Assembly (NCBI RefSeq): GCF_009914755.1
Contig: NC_060931.1
Length of the DNA stretch: 64,000 bases
From: the human T2T-CHM13v2.0 reference genome, Homo sapiens
Direction: 5' to 3' (one strand)
The translations under genes and the position numbers were made by a program. The number at the start of each line of letters is the position of its first letter. The stretch's first letter is position 1. Below the pieces are notes generated by a model. That model made no database searches, had not been told where the DNA came from, and saw only the letters and a program-made list of their open reading frames with translations. Positions 1 through 22,357 of the stretch are shown piece after piece.

Positions 1-23
1 GTTTGTTTTGAGGCAGTTACTTT

Positions 24-349
24 TTATTTGTTTATTTATTTTTTTTGAGATGGAGTCTTGCTTTGTCGCCAGGCTGGAGTGCACTGGCGCGATCTAGACT
101 CACTGCAACGGCGCGATCTAGACTCACTGCAACCTCCGCCTCCCGGGTTCAAGTGATTCTCCTGCCTCAGCCTCCTGAGTAGCTGGGACTACAGGCTCGT
201 GCCACCACACCCAGCTAATTTTTGTATTTTTAGTAGAGACGGGGTTTCACCATGTTGGTCAGGATGGTGTCCATCTCTTGACCTCATGATCCACCCACCT
301 CGGCCTCCCAAAGTGTTGGGATTACAGGCGTGAGCCACTGCGCCCAGCC
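24..349 (-). mobile_element. Alu (AluS-type) with 24-bp internal tandem duplication
   Basis: Antisense Alu consensus; TSD ggcagttacttt at 12-23 and 351-362; ggcgcgatctagactcactgcaac at 86-109 and 110-133. Confidence 0.93.
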
Positions 350-554
350 TGGCAGTTACTTTCTAAAATAAAACAAAGTTAGAATTATGTAAAAACATTT
401 GAATTCCAAAGGAGTATTGCAACAGGAGGAAGTACCAACTACAAGATCTTTAAGGATTGCAAAGTTTAGGCAGACAAGGGCTTTCTTTCATAGGAGCAAA
501 CAAGATTAGAAAGAAGGTAGGCGGGGAACTGCAAATGGAGGGAATCAAACTTTA

Positions 555-790
555 GGCCTGGCATGGTGGCTCATGCCTGTAATTCCAGCACTTTGGGAGA
601 CTGAGGTGGGCGGATCTACTAAAAGTACAAAAATCAGCTGGGTGTGGTGGCGGGCGACTGTAATCCCAGTTACTCAGGAGGCTGAGGCAGGAGAATCCCT
701 TGAACCTGGGAGATGGAGGTTGCAGTGAACTGAGCGTTACTGCACTCCAGCCTGGGCAACAGAGCCAGACTCTGTCTCAAAAAAAAAAAA
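555..790 (+). mobile_element. Alu with internal deletion
   Basis: ggcctggcatggtggctc...poly(A); jumps from ggatc to tactaaaa. Confidence 0.9.
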
Positions 791-944
791 TCAGATTTTA
801 GATGAGAGAATGTTTTACCTTGAAGTCAGTATATTCTTAGAAGGGACATAAAGTGAGGTTGTATGTTGGCTCAGACTGAAGGTAGCTCAAAGCGCAGGAG
901 TTGGTGGGAAGGAGATAAGTAAAGTCTGATTAAGAAGTATTTTT

Positions 945-1308
<364 letters not shown>

Positions 1309-1519
1309 TTATCTGACTATGTGATAGGTAAGAAAAGAGAGCACCATCTAAGTCATAATGGTAAGAGTGGTTCTTTCCATAAACTGTTCCTGGAGAACAG
1401 AAAGGATGGAGAATTTTGTTAATCACAGCTATTTACCAGGATTATCTATGTGCTTCATTTTTCCCTGCTTCTTTTTTTTGTCCTATACATTTTTTCCATT
1501 TGACTTTTCCCGGGTTGTA

Positions 1520-1800
1520 TCATTTATAATAAACTGGTCAACATAACTACAGTGTTTTGCTGAGTTCTGTGAGCAGCTCTATCAAATTATTGAACTGGAG
1601 GGAGGTTATGGGAGTCCCCAGTTTTTAAGCAGTAGCTAAGAAGAATAGATGGACCAATGAGGTTTTTGACTGACATCGGCAGTGAAGACAGTGTTGTGGG
1701 ACTGAATCCTGAATCAGGGTCCGTGCAGACTCTGGATGGTGTCAGAATTCAAATGTTAGAAAATGAATTGGTGTTGGAGAATTGCTTGGTGTTCACCAAT
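1520..1800 (+). mobile_element. LTR fragment, MER21-like
   Basis: aataaactggt...ctgagttctgtgagcagctctatcaaattattgaac resembles the MER21 3' half; recalled similarity only. Confidence 0.55.
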
Positions 1801-2742
1801 CTACAGATCTGGGGACAGAAGAAAGATATCACGGAGGCCTGGCCTGGAATGGAACTCTGGGTGTCTGGGAATGGGAGACTCTGCTCTCCTGTACACAGGC
1901 TGTCACACTGCCCGTTGTCCTAGGATTCCAGGTCTCCTGCCATGGTGAGAGAGGACTGAAAACTTAGAGGAAAGAAGCTCTGATAACAGACATCCTTTCC
2001 CCACAGCTGCCACCACATGATTCCCACCCACTTACAAACATACTCACTAGACATTGATGTGCACACACTCCTCCCAGGACTAGGCACCACCCTCAGGAAT
2101 TTCACCGCAGCATTTTTGAACCTGTTTCTTGCTCACAAAATTGTCTACAAGTCTCCTGGCATATCCCCACCTCCACACTGAATCTACAGCATCAGCCTGC
2201 TTTCTCCACCAACCTAGGGTTCTGCACCACCTGTTCATAATCTCATCTGCCTGCATGGACACAAATAAATGAGAGGACAGCCCCACGCCACTATCTGTAG
2301 CACAAACCAGTCTTTCCATCTACAGTGCACTCTCCCCCACCCATGGATCTTTTCTGTTTTGTTTTTGGTTCGGGAGTACACATGCAGGATTGTTCTATAG
2401 GTAAAATTGTGTTGTGGGTGTTTGGTGTAGACTATTTTGTCTCTGAGGTACTAAGCATAGAACCAAATGGGTATTTTTTTCCTGATCCTCTTTGTCCTGC
2501 CACCCTCTACCCTCAACTAGGCCTCAGTGTCTGTTTTTCCTCTTATTGTCTCCATGTGTTGTTGTTATTTAGCTCTTATAAATGATAGCATGCATTTGGT
2601 TTTCTGTTTCTGCATTAGTTTTCTAAGGATAATGGTCTCCAGCTCCATCCATGTTGCTGCAAAGAAAATGATCTTGTTCTTGTTTTATGGCCACACAATA
2701 TTCCACTATTTTTATGTACCATATTTTGTTTTTATTAAATCT

Positions 2743-3050
2743 TTATTTTATTTATTTCTGAAGACAGGGTCTCACTCTGTCGCCCAGGCTGGAGTGCAGT
2801 GGTGTGATCTTGGCTCACTGCAGCCTCAATCTCAATCTCCTGGGCTCAAGCAATCCTCCTACCTAAGCCCCCCAAGTAGCTGGGACTACAGCGTGCACGA
2901 CCACGCCTGGCTAATTTTTCTTTTTGTATTTTTTGTACAGACAGAGTTTTGCCATGTTTCCCAGGCTGGTCGCCAACTCCTGAGCTCACGCAATCCACCT
3001 GCCTCACCCTGCCAAAGTGCTGGGATTACAGGCGTGAACCACTATGCTCA
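2743..3050 (-). mobile_element. Alu (AluJ-like)
   Basis: agacagggtctcactctgtcgcccaggctgg...gggattacaggcgtga. Confidence 0.9.
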
Positions 3051-3441
3051 ACCACAATGTATTTTCTTTATCTAGCCTACCATTGAGGGTATTTAGGTTA
3101 ATTCCATGTCTTTGGTACTGTCACTAGTGCTGCAATGAAGATGCATGTGCATGGGTCTTTATGATAGAATAATTTGTATTCTTTGGGTATATACCTAATT
3201 AGGAGGTGGGTCAAATGGTAATTCTGTTTTTAGTTTTGTGAGGAATTGTCACACTGCTTTTCACAATGGTTGAACTAATTTACACTCCCACCAGCAGAGT
3301 ATAAGCATTCTCTTTACCCTGCAACTTTGCCAGCACATCTATTATTTTTTTGACTTTTTTGGTAATTGCCATTCTTACTGGTGTGAGATGGTATCTCATT
3401 GTGGTGTTTTTTTTGTTTGTTTGTTTGCATCTCTCTAATGA

Positions 3442-3794
<353 letters not shown>

Positions 3795-6700
3795 GCTTTC
3801 TCTTGAAAAGCGTGTGTTTATGTCCTTTGCCTACTTTTTAATAAGGTTTTTTTTTTCTTGTAAACTTGCTTAAGTTCCTTATGGATTCTGGATATTAGAC
3901 CTTTGTCAGAAGCATAGTTTGCAAATATTTTTCTTTATTCTCTAGGTTGTCTGTTTACTCTGTTGATAGTTTCTTGTGGGTTTTGTTTTTGTTTTCTGTG
4001 AAGATGCTCTTTAGTTTAATTTGGTCCCATTTATCGATTTTTGCTTTTGTGGCGATTGCTTTTGGTATCTTCATCATAATATCGTTGGCAGTTTCTATGT
4101 CTGGAATTGTATTTCCTAGGTTATCTTCCAGGGCATTTTATAATTTTAAGTTTTACATTTAAGTCCTTAATTTATCTTGTGTTTATTTTTGGATATAGTG
4201 TAAGCAGGGAGTCCAGTTTTAATCTTTTACATAGTGCTAGCTATTTATTACAACACCATTTATTAAACAGGGAATCTCTCCTACATTTCTCTTGTCAGCT
4301 TTGTCAAAAATACGATGATTGTAGGTGTGCCACATTATTTCTGGGCTCTCTATTCTGTTGCATTGGTCTCTGAGCCTGTTTTTGTACTGGTATCATGTTG
4401 CTGTGGTAGTGCTCAGAGTAGAGAGCTATTGCTTTAAAATGCAAATAGCCAAAAAGAGAGCACTATATTCAACCATTTCTATAGGAGAGTGAGAGCCTAC
4501 CTTCAGCAGGCACCTGGCTTCAAATTGCAAAACTACCTCCTGTCACGAAGATGTGAAAAGTTTATTTTGTCATTGAATATAGCCAATTAGCTTACACGGA
4601 TGGCCTCCCCAGTTGCCAGGTGAATTTAGGATGAACTATGTATAACATGGTACTGTAAATTCTTCTACTTATGGACTAATTATTGTGACCGTCTTTCTGT
4701 CTTTGCAGTCTCTTAAGCAGATTGTGATGCGTGTCACATTCTGGTGTAATTGTGTAATAAAACAGTTTTCTTTCTGTTTTATCATTGTGGAGTTACTCTG
4801 GGGCTGGAGAAAACTTTCCTTTTAATTATATTTTCCAAACACTGTTTAAACTTACCACACATGATATAAACATATAAGGTGCCAACCAAGCTTTAATCTA
4901 GATGGGCCTTTTTGTCTCAGGCTTCCAGTCAACTCATGATTGTGCTGCAAAATGCATGCTGTCCCCTGAATATGCAGGCAGAATCGTGCCTCTGCCTATT
5001 TGGTATCTAGTCCTGTATAATCACATCTAGAGAGGCTAGACCAAATTTCTAAATACTTCACAGAACAGCAATTAACCATTTTACCTCTTTCAATGACTCT
5101 TGTATCTTTAGACCTGAAACTGATTCAGAGACTGTGGGGCCCGTTAGAGTAACATGCATGCATTGAGTAGACATGTAGGCATGAGAATCTCCACTTTCCC
5201 CTTCCTTCTCTTTTTAAAATGCCCACAAATGTGCAGGTAACACTTACTGCTATTCTACCCATCCAGGACCTAAACTAGCGGCTCCACATTCTGAATCTGG
5301 GTCTTGCAGTAAACCTTTTATCTGAGAAATGCAAATCCTTTTAGTTATAAGGCTCAAAGAGACATTAAAACGAGACCACAATTGTGTCTTTCTCTCTCCT
5401 TTGAGCTATGTATTTATCTCTTGAAACTGCTTGCTATTGCCACGAGTAGCTATAAATTAAACTAATAATGCTACGCTGAACACTATAACCCACACCCTAT
5501 ACAGCTTAGAAATGTATGTCAATCAGTAATCAAGGTTGTTTTTAGTAAATAAGTAAGATTTCCTGACAATTTTGTATCAGCCCACTCTCTATCTCTTTTT
5601 GCCTTTAAAAATCCACTTGTAACTGCTGCTAGATTCCAGGCAACTTGAATCTTTGCTCCCAGTTTACAATCTTCAAGCTTGGCCCAAGTGAACTGTCTAC
5701 TTACATTTGTGGTTCCTCAGCTTTTTCCTATGAAGGAGGAAATTAAGGACATATTATTTAGAATGTGCCAGAGCAGCCTTTATGAGGGGATCTCTCCTTT
5801 GGTTGTACTTTTGCTGTAACACCCAAGAATGCAGAGCCAGGTTGACCCCATCTAGAATCTTCACATGTCTGGCCTGGGATTTGCAAGACAGGAGCAGACT
5901 TTGGATTGAAAATGTACAGAAAACCAAGAGGAGGCATTCTCTGCATTGTGAGATGTCAACATAGACATCTTAAAGCTACCTCCTTTGAGAGTGTGGCTAT
6001 TTGAGCTTTTCAGATCTTGTTCAGTGACCTGTTACTGTTACGTGAGAGGTGCCAGGTATAAATAGAATCTGATGGCAGAATCTGTAAATGTAAACAAAGC
6101 ATCTTAGGAGTGAGAGATCAAGGCCACAAAGTATCCAGAGCCATGACTACAACTATACCTACCTGTAAAAAATGTGATACTGGAGTAGAGTATTCTTGTC
6201 CTTTCTCTTACCCAAAGACTACCTGATCAGGACAGGTAATCCAGGTTCTGGAGCTCCACCAGGGCAGTTCTGTTTTCTATTTAGAATCAGCCTAAGTCTC
6301 TACTGCCTGGCTTACTACTGGGCCATCAGCCCAGGATCACTGAGAACCCTCTCACAATCACCTAGGCATCTTTGAAACATTTGAGGATGTCCAGAGTAAA
6401 ACTGTGTTAGGCTGACAAGAGTGGTTCATTCTGCTTTTGTCTCAGTGTAAGAGAAATGAGTCACGCCAAAAAATGGGGGCTTCATTTGGGCCGCTTCTTT
6501 ATATTGTTGTGACTTCTGAGGTCATCATTTGAATGGATGTTTATGGACAGAAGAGTTGTTATTATTATTTCTGTTTCTTTTACCTTGTTAAGAATACATA
6601 TTTATCTTCTAATACAATTATGCTAGAAAGCCCTAAGAGATTTGTTTAAATTGCTTATTAGTATATGTTATAAAATTGACAGGGCAGTGGCTAAAAAAGA

Positions 6701-8468
6701 TTAAAATTACACAAACTGTGGGATTTAAGTTTCTCTTAGGTAAGCTTAGGAAAAACAGAACGGAAATACCCCAGTGGCATAGAGAGCAGAATTCTACATA
6801 GTGTCCTCTCCCTGCCCCATTTCTGTTCAGATTCACCCTTTTTGGAGGCCTTATTGAAGTCTGGCTTCACCTTGGAGTCTAGCCTTACAGAACTGATTGA
6901 AAGAGAAGTGTTTTGGGTGATGAATTCGGCTGCCTTTCTAGAGCTGTTGCTCAGGATTTCTTGAAATCTAAAAGCAGATAAATGGGAAAAATAAAATAAT
7001 ATTTTAGGGCCTTAATTTCTTAATTTTGTATTAAAATCAGTGCATGCAGAAACATGCCATTTAGCAACTTATTCCTTATTCTATTCCTGAAGACCCAGTA
7101 GTTGCTCCACAAGCCACAAACAAGTAAATATAAACACAATAAAAATTCCTCCAAACTACGTTAAACTCTTTTCTTTATTCCTCTCATCTGTCTATATGTA
7201 GCTTTTATTCTGTACATTTTTCACAAAAAAAATGACAAATATAAATGCTGGGCCCTTTTTCTAAATTCTGGCAATTATTAAACAAAACCAACTCCCAGGG
7301 TGTTACGAGGATTAAATCACGTAATGTTTTATTCCTAGCAGTACTCTGTAACATACTCTTGAGGACATAGTACCTGTTTAATAAACATTGCATTAGTGCA
7401 TGTGTAAATGTTGTTTTCCAAATGCAGACTTATTTGGACATTGCTGGCCTCTGTTTCCTCTGTAAACTTTAAAGAGCCAACAAAGAATATACTTTAGGAT
7501 GAAGATTGGTTGTCTTTATTTGTACCAGAAGTATTTGTATTTTGACAAGAGTGCTGAGTGTAAGGGATTCTGTGATGTGCCTGCTTTGTCTAACTAGTGC
7601 TAATAATGAGCGCAGGGGGAGCAACATCAGCATCTATAGAGGACTTGTTTAAAATACCCTTTCATGGACCATTTTCAAACCTGCAGAATCACATTACATA
7701 GAGTGGGGCCAAAATCACCAAGTGATTTATAAGCTTATCAGTGCTTGAGAGATAATAATTAGCTAAGCGTTTATCAGCCCAGGCTTCTAATTAAGATTAC
7801 ATAGCCAGTTTGCAGAAATCTCTATTTGTGCCCTCCCCACAGGTTCTGTTCTATTGTTCTGGAAACATCCATATTGCTTTAAGGGCCTCATGTGACTCTA
7901 AGGTGAGGCCAGAATCAAGTATGAGGGATTCAAGATACATTCGTGAGTGTTAAGTTCTATCTTCGCACTAAAGGGTGGTCACAAGGCCTGTTTTCTTTGG
8001 GTTTGGTAGGGACAGGGCAGAGTGCCCCATATTTCCATTACTTTAGCAAAAATTGTTGGTGTCTGTGGTAGCAGAGGGCATCTGAGGACGGGAAAGGAGA
8101 TATCATTATCTCCATAGAGCAGCTTATTTTTCCTGAATCTCTTCTGTTATAGAGGACAGAAATGGGTGGACTTTTTCTGCAGGTCTTGGACCTTCTGCCT
8201 GTGGGTGTGGTGGTAGCAGGTAAACAGGTGGTGCCGACACCTTTAAAGCCATATTCTTAAGATTCAGGTGTAATTTCTCCAGAGAATCATCTGAGAAAGA
8301 ATCCCAGAGCAGGAAGAGAAAGAGGAAAAAATGGCTATTTTTCCGCTAAAAGTGTCTCAGATCAAGAGCTGTGTCCACTGTGCCTCCTGGAATGCCATGT
8401 GTTTAGTACTTATAAACCTTCTCTACTTGTGCTTTTCCTCCCTAATGAGTTTGTTTTAACTACTGTAA

Positions 8469-8800
<332 letters not shown>

Positions 8801-9331
8801 AAATATTTCTTCCTATATACTGGAGCCTTCTCTACATCATGGCTTCTTATATGCCATGTAGAATTCTCACCATGAATTTATGATCTTAAAAATGTTCCCT
8901 TTGTGACTATTGAATATGGGAGGATGAATATACTCAAGATTCCTATTGGGGAAAAGCTGGGGTCCTTAGTCAAGGAGAACATGTAATATTGAGGTTTCAT
9001 CTGTCTTCTCCATTAGCTCTATGCAGAACAGGATTAAGAAAATGCTTTTTGAAACAGGATGGCATTTACTACCCAGAAAGTTCTGAAGAAAATTATTAGG
9101 AGATATATGTTGTCTAGGGTGCTAAAGAAAGACTATTTAAAATTACTATTAAAAATTGCAGAACATGGGAGATATCTGTATCTCAAACTTTGCATAAAAT
9201 GGATGTTTCTTTATGGTTAAATTCAGGCTATAATTTACTTTTTGGGGAAGTAATATCCCAGCAGTGATGCTGTGTCCTTCTGTTCATCAGCACATTATAA
9301 AAATTTGTCCTAGTTCAGTTGATATTAATGA

Positions 9332-9724
<393 letters not shown>

Positions 9725-10080
9725 GTTATTAAGTATCTTTATGCAGCTGATGTGCATAAACCATTACAGTTAATCTGGCAGCTGCCCTTCTTTATTAGGT
9801 TTTCTTTGCATATATCTGTCTTTGGAAAATGAAGGCTCTCGTCTTTGTTTATGGGTCAGAAAAACTGGGAAAACCCACACTCCTCCCCCTTACTGGATGC
9901 TTGACAAAATAATCTTCTTGGGCAAAAATCATTGGCATTATTGGTGATCTTCTTAGAAATTAAGAAACTCAGACTTTATTCCAGATGTTCTGAAAAAATA
10001 TATGCATAACAAGATCTTCAGTTTATCATACACATTAAAATTTGAGAGGTCACTTCTAACTCCATGTCTTTTCCATCTGA

Positions 10081-10545
<465 letters not shown>

Positions 10546-10822
10546 TAAAAGTTTCATTTCTCCTCTTTGTAAAATGTTTTTTGGTAATTTATGCTTTGCA
10601 TAAATGAGTTTCAGATCCCAGTTTTCAAGAAAACAGAGATTTGTCAGTATAGAAAAGAACTTCTTCAAGATGTTTCATTTTGACCTGAACTCTCCACATT
10701 CCTGAGCTGATCTATATCCTTCACTCTAAATTAGTGGTAATTCCAGAAATTTATTCGCATAAAATATTGTTGCTACCACCAATTTTTCATTTAGTAGTAC
10801 TGGGCAGTATTAAATAAAATTA

Positions 10823-11140
<318 letters not shown>

Positions 11141-11253
11141 TTAAAATATTTAGATATTTGTCATAAATTAGTATTTGGGGATTAATTTACTAGATTAATC
11201 TATTGCATCCTCTTTACTGAGCATATTACTATGTTGGTAATTGGAGAATATGA

Positions 11254-11388
<135 letters not shown>

Positions 11389-11391
11389 TGA

Positions 11392-11741
<350 letters not shown>

Positions 11742-11981
11742 TCAGTCTTTAAAATGTAATTTGGGAAGCTGTTTCCAAAAAAAATAGTTTCTGGGAAGCC
11801 TGAAACTTTTATTTTGCTCTCACATAGGGGCATCTTCTGTCTAATGCTTTTAAATTTTCTAAGGTGATCTTCTTCAAGTTTACAGTGAGAGCCAAAGTCC
11901 TTTTCATGGGAGGAAGAGACTGCACAATCTGACTACTTTTCCATTGCTTTTGAGGACACACAAATAGCTGCATAATTTTGA

Positions 11982-12531
<550 letters not shown>

Positions 12532-14942
12532 GAAATGTATTATTTTAATGGTATTACAAATAAGATTGTTTTTTTCCTCTTTTATATCATGTAGCTTATT
12601 TTAAGTGTATGGAACCATAACTTGTATGTTAATTTCATATTGTGCTGATTTATTATTAGTTTAGACATGTTTAAATGTTTATGATTTTCTCTATATAAGA
12701 TTATGTGATCTACAAACAGCAACTTTTTACCTATCTGTCTTCAATGTCAATGGCTTTTTAAATTTTTTAAATTCTTTTGCCACATAATTCCAGTGCTATG
12801 TTAAAATGGAAGCATTGACATTGGCACAATATAGTTTTGCATTGGTGTCTGTAAATTTGAAGGAGCAAACAGCTCTTCAGGTTTTTATAAACTGGTTTTA
12901 GAAGGTAAAGATCTTTTGTTGGGTTCCCACGGTGATGGGATGCCCTCTGGGTTTGTAGTGGAGAGGGGTGTAGCTTGGTCACAAGGCTGCTGGGTCTACA
13001 CTAGGGTCCACCTTTACTGGCTTATTACAAGGGGCTTGGGTATTTGTAATTTCCATTTTATTTTTAGACAGACTGAATATCCTCCAGGACTTTGCTCTGT
13101 CGGGCAGACACTAGGGCAGGTTTCTGTAGTCGGGTCTGCATATAATGGACCTTGTATCAGGATGTGGATGAGTGTGGCTTTCACTGAGTACCAGAGAGGA
13201 TTTCCCCAGGCCACTGTGTAGGTTTCTGTGTAGATATAACTGGCCATAAACTGTGGCTCAGAGAGTTGGAACTGAGTCATTAAACTGCTTCAGAGACCAC
13301 AGTAAAGGCCAAGGTCTGCAAGCCGGCCTGCCTGCATGGCTATAAATGGTTGTCTTCCTCCAGGCCGCTGGAAGGGCAGGACCTTTTCCAGACTGTGGCT
13401 GGGAGAAGTTTGGGATGGTTGCAGAGTAAGTTCAGAATTCTCAGTGGGACCAAGTTTGGTGGGCCATTTTCTGGTCTGTAGCCAAGAACAGGAGTCCTTT
13501 AGTTTGCCGCCTGAATGAGGGCCTGCCTTCTAAAAACAACACTCCTCAATCTTGGGTTTAGCATTTCACAACTCCCTCCCTGGATCTCAAAGCTCTCTTA
13601 AAGGCGCTTATTTTTGAGATGGGGTCTTGCTTCATAACCCATTCTGGTCTTGAAATCCTGGCCTGAAGCAATCTCCAACCTCAATGTATGATAAAGCTTT
13701 CATTACAGGTGTGAGCCATGATGCCTGGCTCTCTCAAAAGGCCTTTTTATGAGGGATGGCTGACAAATTTTCTTGCTGTTGGAGGATAACAAAATAAGGC
13801 AACTTTTATTGTCCTATCTTCCTGATGTCACTCTTCCTATACATTTTTACTTTCTATTTTCTATTTCAAATTTGTCTGTAACTTTAGAATCAGACCTTTG
13901 GGACAATATGCTAGAATTTACATGTTATGCCTGAAGTAAATTAGATAATTTACTCCATAATTACTAAAATAGTTACTTATAAATTTAAGTTTGCGGCAGG
14001 CAAAAAGGAATAGTATTTTCACCCACTTTTTAGCCTATATCTAAGTAATAACATAATGTATCCCCCAAATATTTGTTTTATCTATCAGAGGCACTAACCA
14101 TATTCAGCAAAATAAAAATTTTTTCTTTATTTGGCAACGTAAGGCTATTCTTTGCTTCTATAGTTGGATTGCAGCAGTTTCATCTAGTGTAAGAATAGCA
14201 TATATTTAAAACATAAAAATTATCTCAATTTTTAAAAATGCTTACTTATTAAGTTTTTTATTAGAATCTTCTATGTATGGTTATACTGCATTTTCTCTGA
14301 AATTTTACTGCCATACAGTGCATGCCAGTGATTCAAATACTTGCCTTCCATGAGTACACAGTTACACTCAAATATTGCAGTTATCTAGACAAATTCTTTT
14401 TAATGGTACATCAATATTGCAAACCAGGTTTTATGAGTAAACATTTCTTTTAATGTTTTACAGTTCCATATTAGTGTTTTTTGTTTAGTGTAGGTTTCTT
14501 ATCAGTTTTTGTTTCTTGTTTTTACGGTTTTAGCAATTTGCACTTCTGTTTGTACACTTTAAGTGAATGTTGGGTTTAACTGGGAAATAAGTCAGCCATA
14601 TGTCCATCATAGTCTGATTATATATGTGTGTGTTTTTATCTATTAATATGACTTTAATTTTGGTTATGGCATATCTTGTGTATATTCTTTCTTAGCTGAT
14701 TTTCAATGGTTGTTTTGTCTAAGTGAGTAGTCATGGAAATAGTCTTTCTACCATGTGTTTAATGATAAATATTGTATAATTTCCTTTGGGTAAGAGAAAC
14801 ATTTTTGTAATTTGAAGGTAATTTTTGGAAATATTTGTAATTCTATTTTTTTTTTTTTTAGTTTTTCTTTTAAAAAATAATTGTTGTAAAAACACATAAC
14901 CTAAAATTTACCATCTTAAATCTATTTAAGTTTACATTTCAT

Positions 14943-15540
14943 TGCCAGGCATGGTGGTGGCTCACATCTGTAATCCTCAGATTTTGGGAGGCCAAGACAG
15001 GAGCATCACTTGAGCCCACATTTTTTTTTTTTTTTGAGATGGAGTTTTGCTTTTGTTGCCCAGGCTGGAGTACAATGGTGTCATCTCAGCTCACCGTAAC
15101 CTCCGCCTCCTGAGTTCAAGTGATTCTCCTGCCTCAGCCTCCTGAGTAGATGGGATTACAGGCATGTGCTACCATGCCTGGCTAATTTTGTATTTTTAGT
15201 AGAGACAGGGTTTCTCCATGTTGGTCAGGCTGTTCTCCACCTCCCGACCTCAGGTGATCCACCCACCTCAGCCTCCCAAAAGTGCTGGGATTACAGGAGT
15301 GAGCCACCGTGCCCGGCCAGAGCCCAAATGTTTGAGGCCAGCTTGGACAGCATGTGGAGACCCTCTCTCTACAACTTTTCAAAAAAATAGCCTGACATGG
15401 TGGTTGTCACCTGTGGTCCCAGCTACTTGGGAGATTGAGGGGAGAGGATTACTTAAGCCTGGAAGTTTGAGGCTGCAGTGAGCCTTAATTGTGCCACTGC
15501 ACTGCAGCTTGGGTGACAAGTGAGACCCTGTCTCCAAAAA
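14943..15540. mobile_element. Nested Alus: antisense AluS (15021-15318) inside a sense AluJ-like element
   Basis: Host breaks at cacttgagcccaca and resumes at agagcccaaatgtttgaggccagc; duplicated gagccca target. Confidence 0.88.
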
Positions 15541-15544
15541 GCTG

Positions 15545-18390
<2,846 letters not shown>

Positions 18391-18394
18391 CTTT

Positions 18395-18670
18395 CTTATT
18401 TATTTATTTTTGAGATAGGGTCTCACTCTGTCAACCAGGCTGGTTTGCAGTGGTGTGATCATGGCAATGAGCTGCAGCCTCAACCTCCCAAACTCAGATG
18501 ATCTTCTCATTTCAGCCTGTCAAGTAGCTGGTTACAGGCATGTGCCATCATACCCAGCTAGTTTTTTGTATTTTCTGTAAAGACGGTTTTGCCATGTTGC
18601 TGAGGCTGGTCTCAAACTCCTGCAGTCAAGTGATCAGCTCACCTTGACCTCCCAAAGTCCTGGGATTACA
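18395..18670 (-). mobile_element. Alu (AluJ-like)
   Basis: Diverged antisense Alu. Confidence 0.85.
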
Positions 18671-20794
18671 TTTCTTTTTATTAACTAGTTTATATTTAAA
18701 ATGATTTTTTAAAGAAATGATGTTACTATTACCAGTTTCATTGTTATTGTTTCTTGTGTTTTTTAGATATGTTTTTTCTCATTTCCTGTTTTACTCCTTG
18801 AATTTTTGTTTAATCTCATAGTGACCTGCTTTATTTTTTGTTTTGCATAGTTTCTATAAATATTATCTTTGTAATCATCTTGAAAAATGAAGATTATATA
18901 AAACATCTTAAAGTTAAAACATTTTCTAGTTTGTTACTGATACTACAAATTATATTGTGTTTCTATTAACAGATTTATTCAGATTTATATTTTGTTTCTC
19001 ATATTCTATAGGAGAACTTTAAGGGTTTGATGCTCCATCATTATGATAGTAAAGAATTCTGTGTGTGTCTATATTTACATTTAATAGAGAGCTTTATATT
19101 TATATATGGTTTTATGATGCTGTGCAGCATTATTTTATTTTTCAACATAATGGAGTCATTTTAGCATTTCTCTTTTTGTATATGCAATGTCTCACTATGT
19201 TGCTCAGGCTGATCTTGAACTCCTGGTCTCAAGTGATTGATTGCCTTGGCCTCCTAAAGCTGTAGGATTACAGGCATGAGCCATGGTGCCTGCTCACCAT
19301 GTAGCATTTCCTGTAGGACTGTGCAAGGGATAATAAACACCCTTACCTTTTATTTTGGAAAATCTTTTTTTTTCTTGTTTTTAAAGTAAAACAATTTCTA
19401 ACCAAGTTATTGGTTAGGAATATTTTTTCTCTTATTACGTCAAAATTTGAAAGTTCTCAGCCTTTTTTATCTTCAAGTATCCTCTGTACTACTTTTTTTT
19501 TTCTATATTCTTCTAAGATTTCTCCCATGAATATATTGATTTAATTGATGGTGGCCAGTAAGTTTTACCTTCTGTGTTATAATTTTGTTTTGGACTTTGA
19601 CTACATCACACAGTTTCTTTATGGCCTGCAAAATTTTTGTTGACAGTTCACTGGTTATCTCGTAAGAGTATGCACATAAATGATGCATTACTTTTATCTT
19701 GCAGCTCCCAAGACTCTCTTCTTGTCTGTAACTTCTGAAATTGTGCTTATATATGTGTTTGTTATAAGTATCTTTTTGTGTATCCTAGTTTGTCTAGCTT
19801 CTTCATGTTTTATTTTTCAGTTTCTTTTTGTATTTTTTACCTCCACAATTTCTGAGGGGGTGTCGATATTTTGAATATTTTTGTTATCCTCATTTATCTG
19901 ATTTTCAGAAATCGTCTGTGTTTCTGTTTCACTCATTGAATATTATTCAGTTTATTTTCAATTTCTTTATAACTTTATTTTTTATGGTTGCTTTCTAAAA
20001 ATTTTATATTTTTTTGACAGGGCCATGTTGCCCTAATATTTTGTATACATTGTAATGTTTGATTGAGATTTGGACATTAAAAAAAAGCTGCCTATTACAA
20101 TCTTTATTATGTAGCCTTGTCCTGGCATAGTCTTAAACCAATTGTCTTGGCTAGAGATTCCGGGAGTCTCTCAAACATGTTCTTAGGATGTGCCTTGTCT
20201 GAAATTTTGTGTTTACTTTTTAGTTAAAGGAGTTCATTTGTGTTTTTTGTTAAGTCGGTAATCAGTTGCTACACGTGTTCGCTGTCTGTGGTGCTGCTGC
20301 ATTCTCTCTGCTGCTGTAATGTTTACCTTTGGTCTCAGCAGACAAACTGTCATTCCAAAGTATACCACCATTTCCTTCAGCACTTTATGGCATGGGAGAC
20401 AGAAACCAGTGTCTTGAAAGGCCCCTAGAGGCCAGAAATAAAGATGTATGTGCCAGTATTTTTCTTGTCTTTTAAAAAGAAACCGGGAGTTGGCAATTTG
20501 TTGCTGAAGACACTAGGTTATTGAGGAGCAGGAAGAGCTGTGTTGGGTAAATGTAACACAGTTTTCTTTTCCTTCTATGTAGCTCTTTGCATTGTTCTCA
20601 CCTGGGGCACTGTACACATTTAACTCATTTATAGCTTTTCCACAAATGTATTTTGGTCAGTATATTTTTGTTACATTTATATTTCTGTAAGGAATTAGGG
20701 CTTGCATTTTGCTATGCCATCTTGCTTATGTTGTAGTTTGTACAATTTTATAGGTTAAATTTGTAAAGTATATTCATCTGAGTCTAGTAAGTGA

Positions 20795-22357
<1,563 letters not shown>

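Noticed and set aside
8183-8219. Possible 37-nt cryptic exon in intron 1 (tttttctgcag|...gcag|gtaaac)
   Set aside because: Weak donor, very short, expected by chance; no support from sequence alone.
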